Of a stretch of DNA of 64,000 nt, positions 24,379 to 34,423 are shown one piece after another. The translations under genes and the position numbers were made by a program. The notes below the pieces were generated by a model. The model searched no databases. It had not been told where the DNA came from and was given only the letters and a program-made list of their open reading frames with translations. The stretch spans positions 248 through 64,247 of the forward strand of contig CAZTBU010000007.1 in NCBI GenBank assembly GCA_964612545.1. Direction: 5' to 3'. This DNA is from an uncultured Clostridia bacterium (GTDB taxonomy: Bacteria > Bacillota > Clostridia > Christensenellales > Borkfalkiaceae). How positions within the stretch are numbered: position 1 is the first letter of the stretch; each line of letters begins with the position of its first letter.

Positions 24379-25746
24379 ATGAACGAGTTTCTTGCGATAG
24401 ATATCGGGGCTTCTTCGGGAAGACATATTCTCGGCTCCGTGAAGGAAGGGATCCTCACCATCGAAGAGATCTATCGTTTTCCGAATTCACCCGTCATGCA
24501 AGGCGGCGCCCTCGTTTGGGATGGCGGCTATCTCAGGCAGGAGATCGTAAACGGCCTGAAGAAGGCGCATGAGATGGGAAGGTCTCCCAAATGTATCGGC
24601 ATCGATACCTGGGCGGTGGATTATGTCCTTCTCGGCCGCGATAAACGTCCCATCGGTCCCATACACGCTTACCGCTCGGACCGCACACAGTCCGTCATCT
24701 CTTCCGTGCACGCCAAGATTCCCTTTGACGTGCTCTACCAGAGGACGGGGATCCATTTTCAGACTTTCAACACAATCTATCAGCTTGCCGCGGATCAAAA
24801 GAGCGGCGCGCTCGGCAAGGCGCGGTACATGCTCATGCTCCCCGATTATCTGAATTATATTCTGACGGGGAAGATGGAACGCGAATATACGAACGCTACC
24901 TCGACGGGGCTCGTGAACGCTTCGAAACGTACATGGGACGGGGCGATTCTGAAGGCGCTCGGCTTCCCGTTGCGGCTCTTTCCGCCGCTTTCGCAGCCCG
25001 GCACCGTCCTCGGCAATCTCTCGGAGGAGATCAGAAAAGAGGTGGGCTACGATGCGCTCGTCGTCCTTCCCGCCACGCACGACACGGCAAGCGCCGTCGT
25101 CGCTTCCCTTGCGGGGAAGGGGGCGTATCTTTCGAGCGGGACGTGGTCTCTCCTCGGCACGGTGCAGGATACGGCGCATACGGAGGAAAAATGCCGCGCC
25201 TACAACTGTTCCAACGAGGGTCACCTCTCCGGCAAATACAGATTTCAGAAGAACATCATGGGGCTTTGGATCGTGCAGCGTCTCCGCGAGGAGGAAGCGC
25301 CGCAACTTTCCTTCCCGCAACTTGCACATCTTGCGGAAGAGAGCAAAACCGACTGCGAGATCGATGCCAGCGGCGCAGCCTATCTTTCGCCCAAAAACAT
25401 GAAAATGCAGATCGAGGCGGATGTCGGGAGGAAACTTACGCTCGGTGAAGCTCTCTATGCGGCCTTTAAGGGGCTTGCGGTCTGCTACCGCAACACGCTT
25501 ACCGAGATCTCTTCGGTCACGGGAGAGCATTACGGTGAACTCAACATCTTCGGCGGCGGGAGCAAGAACGCTTTCCTGAACCGCCTGACCGCGGAGGTAG
25601 CGAAGGTCAAGGTAACGGCGGGGCCCGCCGAGGCAACCGCGATCGGCAACCTTCTCGTCCAAATGGACGCAATGGGGGAACTCTCCCTCAGGGATGCGCC
25701 CGCCATTGTGGCAAGATCGTTTGAAACGGAGGAATTTACGGCATGA
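24379..25746 (+). CDS. rhaB: Rhamnulokinase
   Basis: FLAIDIGASSGRHILG, IGIDTWAVDYVLL, YRSDRT, MLPDYLNYILTGKMEREYTNATSTGLVN, HDTASAVVAS, YLSSGTWSLLG and KNIMGLWIVQR are collinear with E. coli RhaB as I recall it. Start set at the ATG at 24379 (GAGGTGGG RBS) rather than the tracked TTG at 24364. Confidence 0.93.
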   Translation: MNEFLAIDIGASSGRHILGSVKEGILTIEEIYRFPNSPVMQGGALVWDGGYLRQEIVNGLKKAHEMGRSPKCIGIDTWAVDYVLLGRDKRPIGPIHAYRSDRTQSVISSVHAKIPFDVLYQRTGIHFQTFNTIYQLAADQKSGALGKARYMLMLPDYLNYILTGKMEREYTNATSTGLVNASKRTWDGAILKALGFPLRLFPPLSQPGTVLGNLSEEIRKEVGYDALVVLPATHDTASAVVASLAGKGAYLSSGTWSLLGTVQDTAHTEEKCRAYNCSNEGHLSGKYRFQKNIMGLWIVQRLREEEAPQLSFPQLAHLAEESKTDCEIDASGAAYLSPKNMKMQIEADVGRKLTLGEALYAAFKGLAVCYRNTLTEISSVTGEHYGELNIFGGGSKNAFLNRLTAEVAKVKVTAGPAEATAIGNLLVQMDAMGELSLRDAPAIVARSFETEEFTA

Positions 25747-26975
25747 ATTATCAACAGGCATACGCGGCAATCGGCGTAGATACGGAATCGGCGATCGGGG
25801 CGCTGAAGGATATTCCCATCAGCATCCATTGCTGGCAGGGTGACGACGTCATCGGTTTTGACGGCGCGGGAAGCCTTTCGGGCGGCATTCAGACGACGGG
25901 CAACTACATGGGCCGCGCCCGCAATTTCGAAGAGCTCAAAGAGGACTTGAGGGAGGCATTTTCTCTCATGCCGGGGAAAAAACGGCTCAATCTTCACGCA
26001 AGTTACGCCATTCTGGGCGGTGACGCAGGGAAGACGGACCGCGACGGCTATACATTCAAACATTTCATCCCGTGGGTGGAATTCGCCAAAGAACTCGGGC
26101 TCGACGGCATCGATTTCAATCCCACGTTTTTTGCCCACCCCAATATGAAGGACGGGCTGACTCTTTCCTCACCCCTTAAGAGCGTCCGTTCCTTTTGGGT
26201 GGAGCACGGCAAGCGCTGCATGGAGATTGCCGCGGAACTCGGCAAGGCATTCGGGAAACCGTGCCTCGTCAATCTATGGATTCCCGACGGATTCAAAGAC
26301 GTGCCCGCAGACCGCCTCGGCCCCCGCCTGCGCCTCAGGGAATCTCTCGACGAAATTCTGGAAAATTACGACAGGGAGTGGGTCATTCCCGCCGTCGAGA
26401 GCAAGGTATTCGGCATCGGCGTTGAGAGTTACACGGTGGGGAGCAACGAATTTTATCAGAATTACGCCGCAAAGAAGGGCATATGCTGCCTGCTCGACAA
26501 CGGCCATTATCACCCTTTGGAGTATGTTTCAGACAAGATTCCCGCGCTTCTCGCCTTTTACGACAGGGTCGCCCTGCACGTGACGCGCGGCGTCCGCTGG
26601 GACAGCGACCACGTCGTTCTCTTCGAGGACGAACTCAAGGAGATCGCAAAGGAAATCGTACGTAACAATGCGACGCGGAAAGTCCTCATCGGGCTCGATT
26701 ATTTCGACGCAAGCATCAACCGTATCTTCGCGTGGGTCACGGGCCAACGCTCCGTGCAAAAGGCGCTCCTGTATGCTCTGCTCCTTCCCCATGACAGAAT
26801 GCGGGAAATGCAGGATGAGGGGGATTTCACCGCCCTCATGGACCTTCAGGAGAGGGTCAAGACGTTGCCCTTCGGCGACGTATGGGACGAGTATCTCCGC
26901 AGGGAGGGGCTCGAAGAAAACGTTCTCTCCCGCGTACGCGCCTACGAGAGCACGGTGCTAAAGGAGAGAGTATGA
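25743..26975 (+). CDS. rhaA: L-rhamnose isomerase
   Basis: IPISIHCWQGDDVIGF, GGIQTTGNYMGRARN, KRLNLHA, VNLWIPDGFKDVPADRL, VESKVFGIGVESYTVGSNEFY, LLDNGHYHP, VRWDSDHVV and GLDYFDASINRI match RhaA throughout. The ATG overlaps the rhaB stop. Confidence 0.95.
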   Translation: MNYQQAYAAIGVDTESAIGALKDIPISIHCWQGDDVIGFDGAGSLSGGIQTTGNYMGRARNFEELKEDLREAFSLMPGKKRLNLHASYAILGGDAGKTDRDGYTFKHFIPWVEFAKELGLDGIDFNPTFFAHPNMKDGLTLSSPLKSVRSFWVEHGKRCMEIAAELGKAFGKPCLVNLWIPDGFKDVPADRLGPRLRLRESLDEILENYDREWVIPAVESKVFGIGVESYTVGSNEFYQNYAAKKGICCLLDNGHYHPLEYVSDKIPALLAFYDRVALHVTRGVRWDSDHVVLFEDELKEIAKEIVRNNATRKVLIGLDYFDASINRIFAWVTGQRSVQKALLYALLLPHDRMREMQDEGDFTALMDLQERVKTLPFGDVWDEYLRREGLEENVLSRVRAYESTVLKERV

Positions 26976-27784
26976 AAGATCTGTTTACGTCGCCCTTTTT
27001 AAAGGCATTCGCCAAAACCACGAGCAATATGTACCGTCTGGGCTGGGATGAGCGGAACGGGGGAAACCTCTCCCTTCTCCTTACCGAAGAAGACATCGCG
27101 CCCTATCTCGACCCGTATGCGGTAAAGCGCCGCTTCCCGCTCGGCTTCACGGCCGTAGAACTCAAGGGGAAATATTTCCTCGTGACGGGTACGCAGAAAT
27201 ATTTCAAAAACATAGAAGGGGACGAGGAAAACAATTTGGGGCTTTTCCGCATTTCGCAGGACGGCACGGAGGGTGAATTGCTTTGGGGCTATGCGGACGG
27301 CGGGAGGCCCACCAGCGAGCTCCCCGCCCACCTCATGAGCCACACCGCCCGCCTTCGGGCAGATCCCGAAAACAGGGTTGTAATGCATTCCCATCCGACG
27401 AACACGCTCGCCATGACCTATGTGCATGCGCTCGATTCCGACCTTTTCACCCATACGCTGTGGCAAATGTCTACGGAATGTATCGTTGTGTTCCCGGAGG
27501 GCGTGGAGGTACTCCCGTGGATGCTTTGCGGCACCAACGAGATCGGCGCGGCCACGGCGGAAAAGATGAACGGGGTCCGCGTGGTCGTTTGGGCCATGCA
27601 CGGAGTTTACGGCGCGGGCAAGACGCTTGACGAGACGTTCGGTCTCGTGGAAACGGTGGAAAAAGCGGCCACCGTCTATATGCTGACGTCGCATTTGCCC
27701 CGCGTCAACACAATCAAAGACAGCGAATTGAAATGCCTTGCGGACTATTTCGGCGTGAAATACCGCAAGGGGATCATTGACTGA
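26972..27784 (+). CDS. rhaD: Rhamnulose-1-phosphate aldolase (class II aldolase)
   Basis: MKDLFTSPFLKAFAKTTSNMYRLGWDERNGGNLSLLL parallels the E. coli RhaD N-terminus (..GWDERNGGNLTLRL). HSHPTN metal site. ATGA overlap with the rhaA stop. AAGGAGAG RBS. The tracked ORF start at 26882 was rejected. Confidence 0.92.
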   Translation: MKDLFTSPFLKAFAKTTSNMYRLGWDERNGGNLSLLLTEEDIAPYLDPYAVKRRFPLGFTAVELKGKYFLVTGTQKYFKNIEGDEENNLGLFRISQDGTEGELLWGYADGGRPTSELPAHLMSHTARLRADPENRVVMHSHPTNTLAMTYVHALDSDLFTHTLWQMSTECIVVFPEGVEVLPWMLCGTNEIGAATAEKMNGVRVVVWAMHGVYGAGKTLDETFGLVETVEKAATVYMLTSHLPRVNTIKDSELKCLADYFGVKYRKGIID

Positions 27785-27842
27785 CGGTTCTAACCGCGCA
27801 ACCCGCGGCAGGAATAAAAACCGAAAAAATAAGGAGGAAACC

Positions 27843-30800
27843 ATGAAACAAACAAAGACAAAAAGCGTTATGATGATACTGACGCTAGCGTTGCTCGTGC
27901 TGACGCTCGGGCTCGGCATTTTCTTCATGTATCCGAAAGAGGCGAATGCAGATGAAGCGTCCCCCGAGCTCGTCCCGCTTGCCGACGCGGATTTTTTGTC
28001 CGCACCTGCGATCCAAAAGAACGGCGGCGGAAAAGGCGTTTGGTGGGACGCTAACCATACCCAAATGCGGCTTTTTTATAAGGTCTTAAACGGAACGCCC
28101 ACAAAACTCAGCAAAGGCGGGACGAATCAATACGCCGCGGTCACCACACTTTTCATCAAAGCGGGTGACACAGAGCAGTCTATTGCTCAATGGGGTTTCC
28201 CCACGTCGAAACGCTGGATCGACAATATGGGGGCCCACACTGCCGATATCGATGCCGTTACAGGTGAAATTTGGATGTGTGGCACAGAAGAATGGCTTGA
28301 AAGTATTACCGAAGTCCATTTCGCAGCGGGTTTTGCCGAAAAGGACGACGCGGGCAACGACACGGCCGTCAAGACCACGAAAGATTATTATCTCTGGAAT
28401 GGCGACGATAGCGGCTGGCAGACCCGCATTACGTCATTTACGGCGACATACGGAGGGAAGCTCGAAAAGGGTCAACCGCTTGACCCCGCCAAACTTAACG
28501 TCACGGCGCAGTTCAAGGACGGAACAAGCGGCACGGTGGACGGCTCCGTGATTTCGGTCGGCGAGCTCGATACTTCCGAGCTTGGAGCAAAGACGGTGGC
28601 GCTTACCTATCAGGACCAGACCGCTGAGCTTTCCGTTACCGTGGAAGAAGCAAGGACGCTTACAAGTATCGAAGTGAAGAACGGATCCTATGCCGCACAG
28701 CGTTGGACCTATCCCGATTTCGCCGACCTCGAAGTCTACGCGCACTACGGAGAAGAGGATACGGAGGGTACGAAACTCGATAGGAGCGATTTCACCGTTT
28801 CGGGCTACGACATGTGGACGGCGGAAGGCACGACGGAGGGTACAGTTTCCTACACGCATAATGACGTGACGAAGACGGCAACGTTTACCATAAACGTGCA
28901 GGAGAACACCACGACGGATAAATATCTCGATGTCGTCCCCGGAAAATCCGCCAATGGACCGAACAGCCAGGCGGCGGGCGACGGCGGAACAGGTTTTACG
29001 TTTGGCGAGAGGCCGCTTCTTTCTGTTCCGATCGAAATCAAGGGTTTCGATCTCGGCTATAATCTTGGCAACCGCAACTCTTTGGGTTTTGAACTCATCA
29101 AGGGGATGCATTTCGTAGATTACATTGAATTTATCTACGACGGCGAGGAGAAAACGCTTCAGGAACTCCTCACGGACCAAATAATCGAGAGCGCAGGGAC
29201 GAGCGATAACGGCGTGCTGGTATTTTTGTTTAAAGATCAAGCGAACCGCGCAAAGGTTTCCCAAATCCATTGCAAGGCAGGTATGCAGTGGCCGAAACAA
29301 ATGAGCGACCATTGGGGGAATGTGACGCAGGATATGGCAGATCAACTGACCCAAGCGAGCGAACTCCTTTCCGATCTTGTCCTGAAAAAGGATGTCTGGC
29401 TCTACAACGGCGGGAATGAGGGATGGCTCGAGGCCGTAGAGAGCCTCACCGTTACCGTAGCAGACAATTATCAGGTTCTGCAGAATGCAGAGCTCGACAC
29501 GAGCAAACTCACCGTCACGGCAAAATACTTCGGCAAAGACGAGGGGACTTCCGTAGATATCGCGGGTTGCACCGTTGAGTTCTCCTCCGGAGAGGTCGGC
29601 GAACAAAAAGGTACCGTCACCTATCGCGGCGTCAAGGGGGAATTCACCGTCAAAGTTGTGAAGGCCGGCAAAGTTCTCGAGAAAATCGAGCTTTCGGGCA
29701 CGACCGAATTCACCGCAAAGCGTTTTGAAGAGGCTCCCGCGCTGACGGGCTTCACCGTCACCGCGTATTTCCAAGACGAAACAGACAGAGAGGACGTCAC
29801 GGCAAACTGCACCGTCGAAGAGGCGAACACATGGCAAGAACCCGGCACGTACAAGATTCAGGTCAGCTACACCTATGGCAGCGAAACGAAGACTGCCGAG
29901 CTCAGCCTTACGATCGAGGAACCCGATCTTGACAACGGGCTTGAGGTTCTGCATGACTACGAAGTGCAGTCTCCGCCTCCCATCGAGTGGAGTGACAACT
30001 TCTGGGGCCCCACGGATTGGGGCAACCACACGGCCACAAAGAATCCGCAGCTTATCATCTACTTCCGTGCGAAGGGAAACATTACTCTTCCCGAAACGGG
30101 CAAGCTCGATCAGTTCGGACTTTTGGGCGGCACGTCAAAGGGTACGCACATCCTTGACTATATTCTCATCAACGGGCAGCCCTATGAAACTTGGAAGACG
30201 GAATTCGGGTATGAGACAGGTTGGATCGGTCTCCACAGCGCAGGGCCTCAGGGCTCTCAGGACGGGAGTGTTCCCTATGCGCTCTGGCTCAATCCCGGCA
30301 AAAGCGTCAAAGACAATTCATGGAGAGAGTCCATTCAGACGATCACCATCAAAGCGGGATTCCAGTGGGCTACAAGCGAAAGCGGCGATCTTGCAGGTGC
30401 GGTTGTGAAGCAGGATATTACGCTTTGGAATGCACACGACGCGGGCTGGCAGCGCGCCGCCGATAGCATTCAGGCTAAAGTAAAAGAAGGCGGGAAGATT
30501 GAGCTCGGCACCGAGGATATCGGGTCGATGATCGAAGTCAAGGCCGTCTCCGGTTCGGAAGAATGGGAGATCTCGGGTTACACGATCGAAAATTACGACA
30601 AGGATACGGCGGGCAAGCAGACCGTTACGATCATGTATCAGGGCAAAGAGTGCACCCTTGAAATCACCGTCGGGGAAGATTCCGTGCCCGAAACGCCCGT
30701 GCCCGAGAGTTTGGCGCTTGACAAGACGAACGTCACGACGGAGAAGGGCAAACAGCCCGATCTTTCCCAAATCAAGGCTACGGTCAAGTTCACGAACGGC

Positions 30801-31211
30801 GGCGAGGATGTTACCTTTAATCTCGGCGAGCTTCCTGCCGAGGCGAAACTCTCCGACATCGACGTCTCCAAGGCGGGCGACGTGACAGTGACGCTCACCT
30901 ACACCAAGGACGGCGTTACGCTCACGGCTACATTCACCGTCACGGTCACCGAGTCCTCGCAGGGCGGGAATGAGAATCCCGGCGGAGACCAGCCCGAAGA
31001 CCCGTCCAATCCCGGCGGAGACCAGCCCGGAGACCAGCCCGGAGACCCGTCCAATCCCGGCGGAGACCAGCCCGAAGACCCGTCCGAGCCCGGCGAAGCG
31101 GATAACGGTTGCGGCAGCGTCATCGGCGGCACGGGTATTGCCCTTGCGGTCATCGCGATCCTCGGGGCGGCGGTTGCCGTGATCATTGCGGCGCGCAAGA
31201 AGAACAACTGA
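27843..31211 (+). CDS. Large secreted surface protein (1122 aa) with several bacterial Ig-like (Big_3-type) domains and a C-terminal Cys-Gly/TM/basic anchor
   Basis: AAGGAGGA RBS and ATG at 27843. Signal peptide (..EANADE). Repeated modules of the form L..S.L.VTA.F.DG....V......V...D.S..G...V.V.Y.......F.V.V. Pro/Asp-rich (GGDQPEDPSNP)n linker. Tail EADNGCGSVIGGTGIALAVIAILGAAVAVIIAARKKNN. Confidence 0.85.
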   Translation: MKQTKTKSVMMILTLALLVLTLGLGIFFMYPKEANADEASPELVPLADADFLSAPAIQKNGGGKGVWWDANHTQMRLFYKVLNGTPTKLSKGGTNQYAAVTTLFIKAGDTEQSIAQWGFPTSKRWIDNMGAHTADIDAVTGEIWMCGTEEWLESITEVHFAAGFAEKDDAGNDTAVKTTKDYYLWNGDDSGWQTRITSFTATYGGKLEKGQPLDPAKLNVTAQFKDGTSGTVDGSVISVGELDTSELGAKTVALTYQDQTAELSVTVEEARTLTSIEVKNGSYAAQRWTYPDFADLEVYAHYGEEDTEGTKLDRSDFTVSGYDMWTAEGTTEGTVSYTHNDVTKTATFTINVQENTTTDKYLDVVPGKSANGPNSQAAGDGGTGFTFGERPLLSVPIEIKGFDLGYNLGNRNSLGFELIKGMHFVDYIEFIYDGEEKTLQELLTDQIIESAGTSDNGVLVFLFKDQANRAKVSQIHCKAGMQWPKQMSDHWGNVTQDMADQLTQASELLSDLVLKKDVWLYNGGNEGWLEAVESLTVTVADNYQVLQNAELDTSKLTVTAKYFGKDEGTSVDIAGCTVEFSSGEVGEQKGTVTYRGVKGEFTVKVVKAGKVLEKIELSGTTEFTAKRFEEAPALTGFTVTAYFQDETDREDVTANCTVEEANTWQEPGTYKIQVSYTYGSETKTAELSLTIEEPDLDNGLEVLHDYEVQSPPPIEWSDNFWGPTDWGNHTATKNPQLIIYFRAKGNITLPETGKLDQFGLLGGTSKGTHILDYILINGQPYETWKTEFGYETGWIGLHSAGPQGSQDGSVPYALWLNPGKSVKDNSWRESIQTITIKAGFQWATSESGDLAGAVVKQDITLWNAHDAGWQRAADSIQAKVKEGGKIELGTEDIGSMIEVKAVSGSEEWEISGYTIENYDKDTAGKQTVTIMYQGKECTLEITVGEDSVPETPVPESLALDKTNVTTEKGKQPDLSQIKATVKFTNGGEDVTFNLGELPAEAKLSDIDVSKAGDVTVTLTYTKDGVTLTATFTVTVTESSQGGNENPGGDQPEDPSNPGGDQPGDQPGDPSNPGGDQPEDPSEPGEADNGCGSVIGGTGIALAVIAILGAAVAVIIAARKKNN
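31080..31193 (+). repeat. 114-nt C-terminal cassette, ~96% identical to 20711-20824
   Basis: See 20711-20824. The mismatches are mostly synonymous or conservative (V/I, F/I). Confidence 0.9.
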
Positions 31212-31340
31212 CATTTCTTTTCTCCGAATCCGAACGGGGCGTCCGCGAGGGCGCCCTCTTCGGGGAAGAGAATTTCCCGAAAAATCTGCGGAAGAACGTT
31301 CTTCCGCGGTTTTTGAATCTCTCTTTTGCGGACAGAAAGC

Positions 31341-31435
31341 GGTGACCCTTCGGCTACGCGCTTTGCGCTTCGCTCAGGGTGACAGATCCCGTCATGCTGA
31401 GCCGCCGCACTTTTGCGGCGTGCCGAAGCATCACC
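31341..31435. repeat. Isolated pair of hairpin-repeat units with extended loops, in convergent orientation
   Basis: GGTGA-CCC-TTCGG-[ctacGCGCtttGCGCttc]-GCTCA-GGG-TGAC (31341-31383), then GTCA-TGC-TGAGC-[CGCCGCActtTTGCGGCGtg]-CCGAA-GCA-TCACC (31391-31435). Same scaffold as the arrays at 1-5797. Ends 10 nt before the RBS of the next gene. Confidence 0.85.
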
Positions 31436-31456
31436 TTATTGTTTCGGAGGTTATCC

Positions 31457-34423
31457 ATGAAATATTTTCGTTCTCCGCCCGCAGAGCTCAGGGCAAGGCC
31501 CTTCTGGGCGCTCAACGGCTCCCTGGGGGAGGAGGAGCTCAAGAGACAGATCGCCGTCATGCGCGAAATGGGCTTCGGCGGGGCCTATCTGCATTCGAGG
31601 ACGGGCCTTTCCACCGAATATCTGTCGGAAGAATGGTTCCGCCTCATGAACGTCTGCGCGGACGAGCTTGAAAAAAACGGCATGTCCGCCTATCTCTACG
31701 ACGAGGACCGCTATCCTTCCGGTGTTGCGGGCGGCTATGTGCCCATGCACAAAGAATTCCGCGGAAAGTATCTCACCGTCCGCATTCTCTCCTCCGCGGA
31801 ATACAGGGCCGAAGAGGGAGACATACGGGTTTTTTCCGTCAAATTCAAGGGAGAAAGGCTAATCTCCTACCGTCCCTATGCGGGCGGGAAGGGGCAGGTT
31901 GCCGTCTTTTCCGTGCGGGAAAGGGAGGCGCAGGATGTTTACAACGGCTATCCCTACTTCGACGCCCTGAAGAAAGAGGCGACGGAAGAATTTCTGCACG
32001 TCACTTTAGACAGGTATGCGGAGGAGATGGGGGAGCGCATGGGGCGGAGCGTCAAAGGCGTCTTTACCGACGAGCCGAACCGCGGCGCGGTGTTCAACGG
32101 CTTCGCCCATCTCGGCGCGGATGCGGAGCGCAGGACTCCTTACACCGAAGAGCTCTTTCCCGCGTACTTTGAAAAATGGCATGAAAGACTCGAAGATAAA
32201 CTTCCCGAGCTGTATTTCCGCGGAAAAAACACATTTTCCCGCACGGCGTGGCGTTATCTCGAGACGCTTACTACGCTTTTCCTGCGGAATTACGCAGAGC
32301 CATATCATGAGTGGTGCCGAAAGCACAATATTGCCTTCACGGGCCACATTCTGCATGAGGACAACCTTTCGGCGATGACGGCCCTGTGCGGTTCCCCCAT
32401 GCGCTTCTATGAGCTCATGGATGCCCCCGGCGTCGACAATTTAACGGCGGACAGCACCAATATTGCCGTGCCCGTCATGTGCTCGTCTGTGGCGCGGCAG
32501 TGCGGGAAAAAGAACGTCCTCTCGGAAATGTACGCCGTCATCGGCTGGCAGGCCGATTTCAGGACCTATAAGCGAATCGGCGACTGGCATGCCTTTTTCG
32601 GCGTGAATGACCGCTGTACGCATTTGAGTATGTACACGATGGGGGGCATTGCCAAGCGCGATTATCCCGCAAGCATTCTCTCCCAGAGTGTTTGGTGGAA
32701 AGATTACAGGATGGTGGAGGACTACTTCGCCCGCCTCAACGTCTTTCTTTCGCAGGGCAAGCAAAAGGCGGAGTTGCTTTGGATCCATCCCGTCGAATCG
32801 GCGTGGGGCATGAGCCGCATGGAAGGCTACAATAATTTTTTCGTACCGAAGGATCCCGGCTATCTCGCCCTCGAAACGCGCTACAGGAACGTCTCGGACA
32901 TCCTCGCGGAGAGCGGTATAAAGTTCGACTTCGGCGACGAAGAAATGATGTCCCGCCTCGCTTGCACGGAGAGGAAAAACGGCAAAGTTTACTTGCGCGT
33001 CGGGCGCGAAAGGTACGAAAGGGTTTTACTTGCGGGCAGCGTGACCCTGCGGAATTCCACCGTAAAACTTCTTCGCCGCTTTCTGCGGATGGGCGGGGAA
33101 GTGCTGCTCGTCGGCGATTTTCCTGTGTACCGCGAAGGGAACCGTTTTTGCGCCGAAAAAGCGCTCGCGGGCGTGAAGAGGATCGAAGAAAAAGACCTCC
33201 CCGCGGCCGTCTCTCTTCCCTTCCGCGCGGAGGGCGGGAAGGTCTATACCCACTTTGCCGCGGCGGTGCGCAAGCGTTATTTTGCCGCCGTCTCTGCCGA
33301 GAGCGAAAAACGGGAGTTTGTCTTTTCCTTTGCGGGAAAGTTTTCCTTTCTCCGCTATGACCCCCGCACGGGGCGCCATTTTCCCGTTTCTGCCAAATTC
33401 GGGGGAGGCATGTCCGAAATTCATCTTTCCCTCGATGCGGGCGAGGAAGTCCTGCTTGTATTGAGTGAAAACGGGGAACCCATGTCCGTTTCAGAACATA
33501 AGACCTCAGACACGGTATGGACAAATTTGCCCGAAACAAATATTTCGTTTACCCTGAAAGAGCCCAATGTCTGCGTGCTCGACCGCGCCCGATACACCTG
33601 CGGGGGCGAAGACGGAGAGGACGAGATTCTCAGGATAGACGCCGCGGTCCGTTCGCGGCTCGGCCTTCCCCTGCGCACGCCCGAAGGGATCCAGCCGTGG
33701 TTCAAACGGAAGTTCATGCTTGAAAAGCCGTGCGGAGAGCGCGTGACTTTGCGGTTCCCGTTCGGCATACGGGATATCCCTCCGTCGCTCAATCTCGTGT
33801 TCGAACCGATCGAGGGCGCGGCCCTTTTCCTCAACGGCGTTTATCTCGGCAGGAAACCCGCAAGGAGCGCATGGGATAACTGCTTCGTTTGGCTTCCGCT
33901 GCCCGTTTCCGCCCTGAAGCATGGGGAGAACGTCATCGAAGTTTCCTTCCCGATGGAAGAGGAAACGCCCATCGAGGCAATGTACCTGACGGGCAGGTTC
34001 GGCGTTGAGGCGGAGGGGCATTCCGTTACGCTTTGCCGCCTTCCGGAAACGCTCTCGATAGGGGACATCGTCCCGCAGGGACTTCCTTTCTACTGCGGCG
34101 AACTCGTCTACCGCTTTCCGCTCAAAGCAGGGAAGTACCGCGTCCGCGTTCCGTCCTTCGGCGGCGCGCTCGTCAGAATCGGGAATAAAGCGAGGGGATT
34201 TGCGCCCTTTGAAGCGGACGTTACTTCCGCCCGCACGTTGCAAATATCCGTCATGGTGACCCAGCGCAATAAGTTCGGTCCCCTGCATTACAGGGGGGAG
34301 AGCCGCGGCGCATTCGGCGAATTCTGTCCTTCGGAGGAAGACTTTTCGGAGGACTTCCGCCTCATCGGGCAGGGCCTTTTCATGCCGCCCTCCGTCAAAG
34401 AGAAAAGGGACGAAGATATATGA
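31457..34423 (+). CDS. Putative glycoside hydrolase, possibly GH106-type alpha-L-rhamnosidase (988 aa, no signal peptide)
   Basis: GGAGG RBS and ATG at 31457 (the tracked start at 31379 lies in the repeat). N-terminal RPFWALNGSL..EELKRQIAVMREMGFGGAYLHSRTGL.TEYLSEEWF...YLYDEDRYPSGVAGG is the pattern I associate with GH106-like enzymes. Context sits next to a GH78-like gene. Family call is uncertain. Confidence 0.6.
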   Translation: MKYFRSPPAELRARPFWALNGSLGEEELKRQIAVMREMGFGGAYLHSRTGLSTEYLSEEWFRLMNVCADELEKNGMSAYLYDEDRYPSGVAGGYVPMHKEFRGKYLTVRILSSAEYRAEEGDIRVFSVKFKGERLISYRPYAGGKGQVAVFSVREREAQDVYNGYPYFDALKKEATEEFLHVTLDRYAEEMGERMGRSVKGVFTDEPNRGAVFNGFAHLGADAERRTPYTEELFPAYFEKWHERLEDKLPELYFRGKNTFSRTAWRYLETLTTLFLRNYAEPYHEWCRKHNIAFTGHILHEDNLSAMTALCGSPMRFYELMDAPGVDNLTADSTNIAVPVMCSSVARQCGKKNVLSEMYAVIGWQADFRTYKRIGDWHAFFGVNDRCTHLSMYTMGGIAKRDYPASILSQSVWWKDYRMVEDYFARLNVFLSQGKQKAELLWIHPVESAWGMSRMEGYNNFFVPKDPGYLALETRYRNVSDILAESGIKFDFGDEEMMSRLACTERKNGKVYLRVGRERYERVLLAGSVTLRNSTVKLLRRFLRMGGEVLLVGDFPVYREGNRFCAEKALAGVKRIEEKDLPAAVSLPFRAEGGKVYTHFAAAVRKRYFAAVSAESEKREFVFSFAGKFSFLRYDPRTGRHFPVSAKFGGGMSEIHLSLDAGEEVLLVLSENGEPMSVSEHKTSDTVWTNLPETNISFTLKEPNVCVLDRARYTCGGEDGEDEILRIDAAVRSRLGLPLRTPEGIQPWFKRKFMLEKPCGERVTLRFPFGIRDIPPSLNLVFEPIEGAALFLNGVYLGRKPARSAWDNCFVWLPLPVSALKHGENVIEVSFPMEEETPIEAMYLTGRFGVEAEGHSVTLCRLPETLSIGDIVPQGLPFYCGELVYRFPLKAGKYRVRVPSFGGALVRIGNKARGFAPFEADVTSARTLQISVMVTQRNKFGPLHYRGESRGAFGEFCPSEEDFSEDFRLIGQGLFMPPSVKEKRDEDI

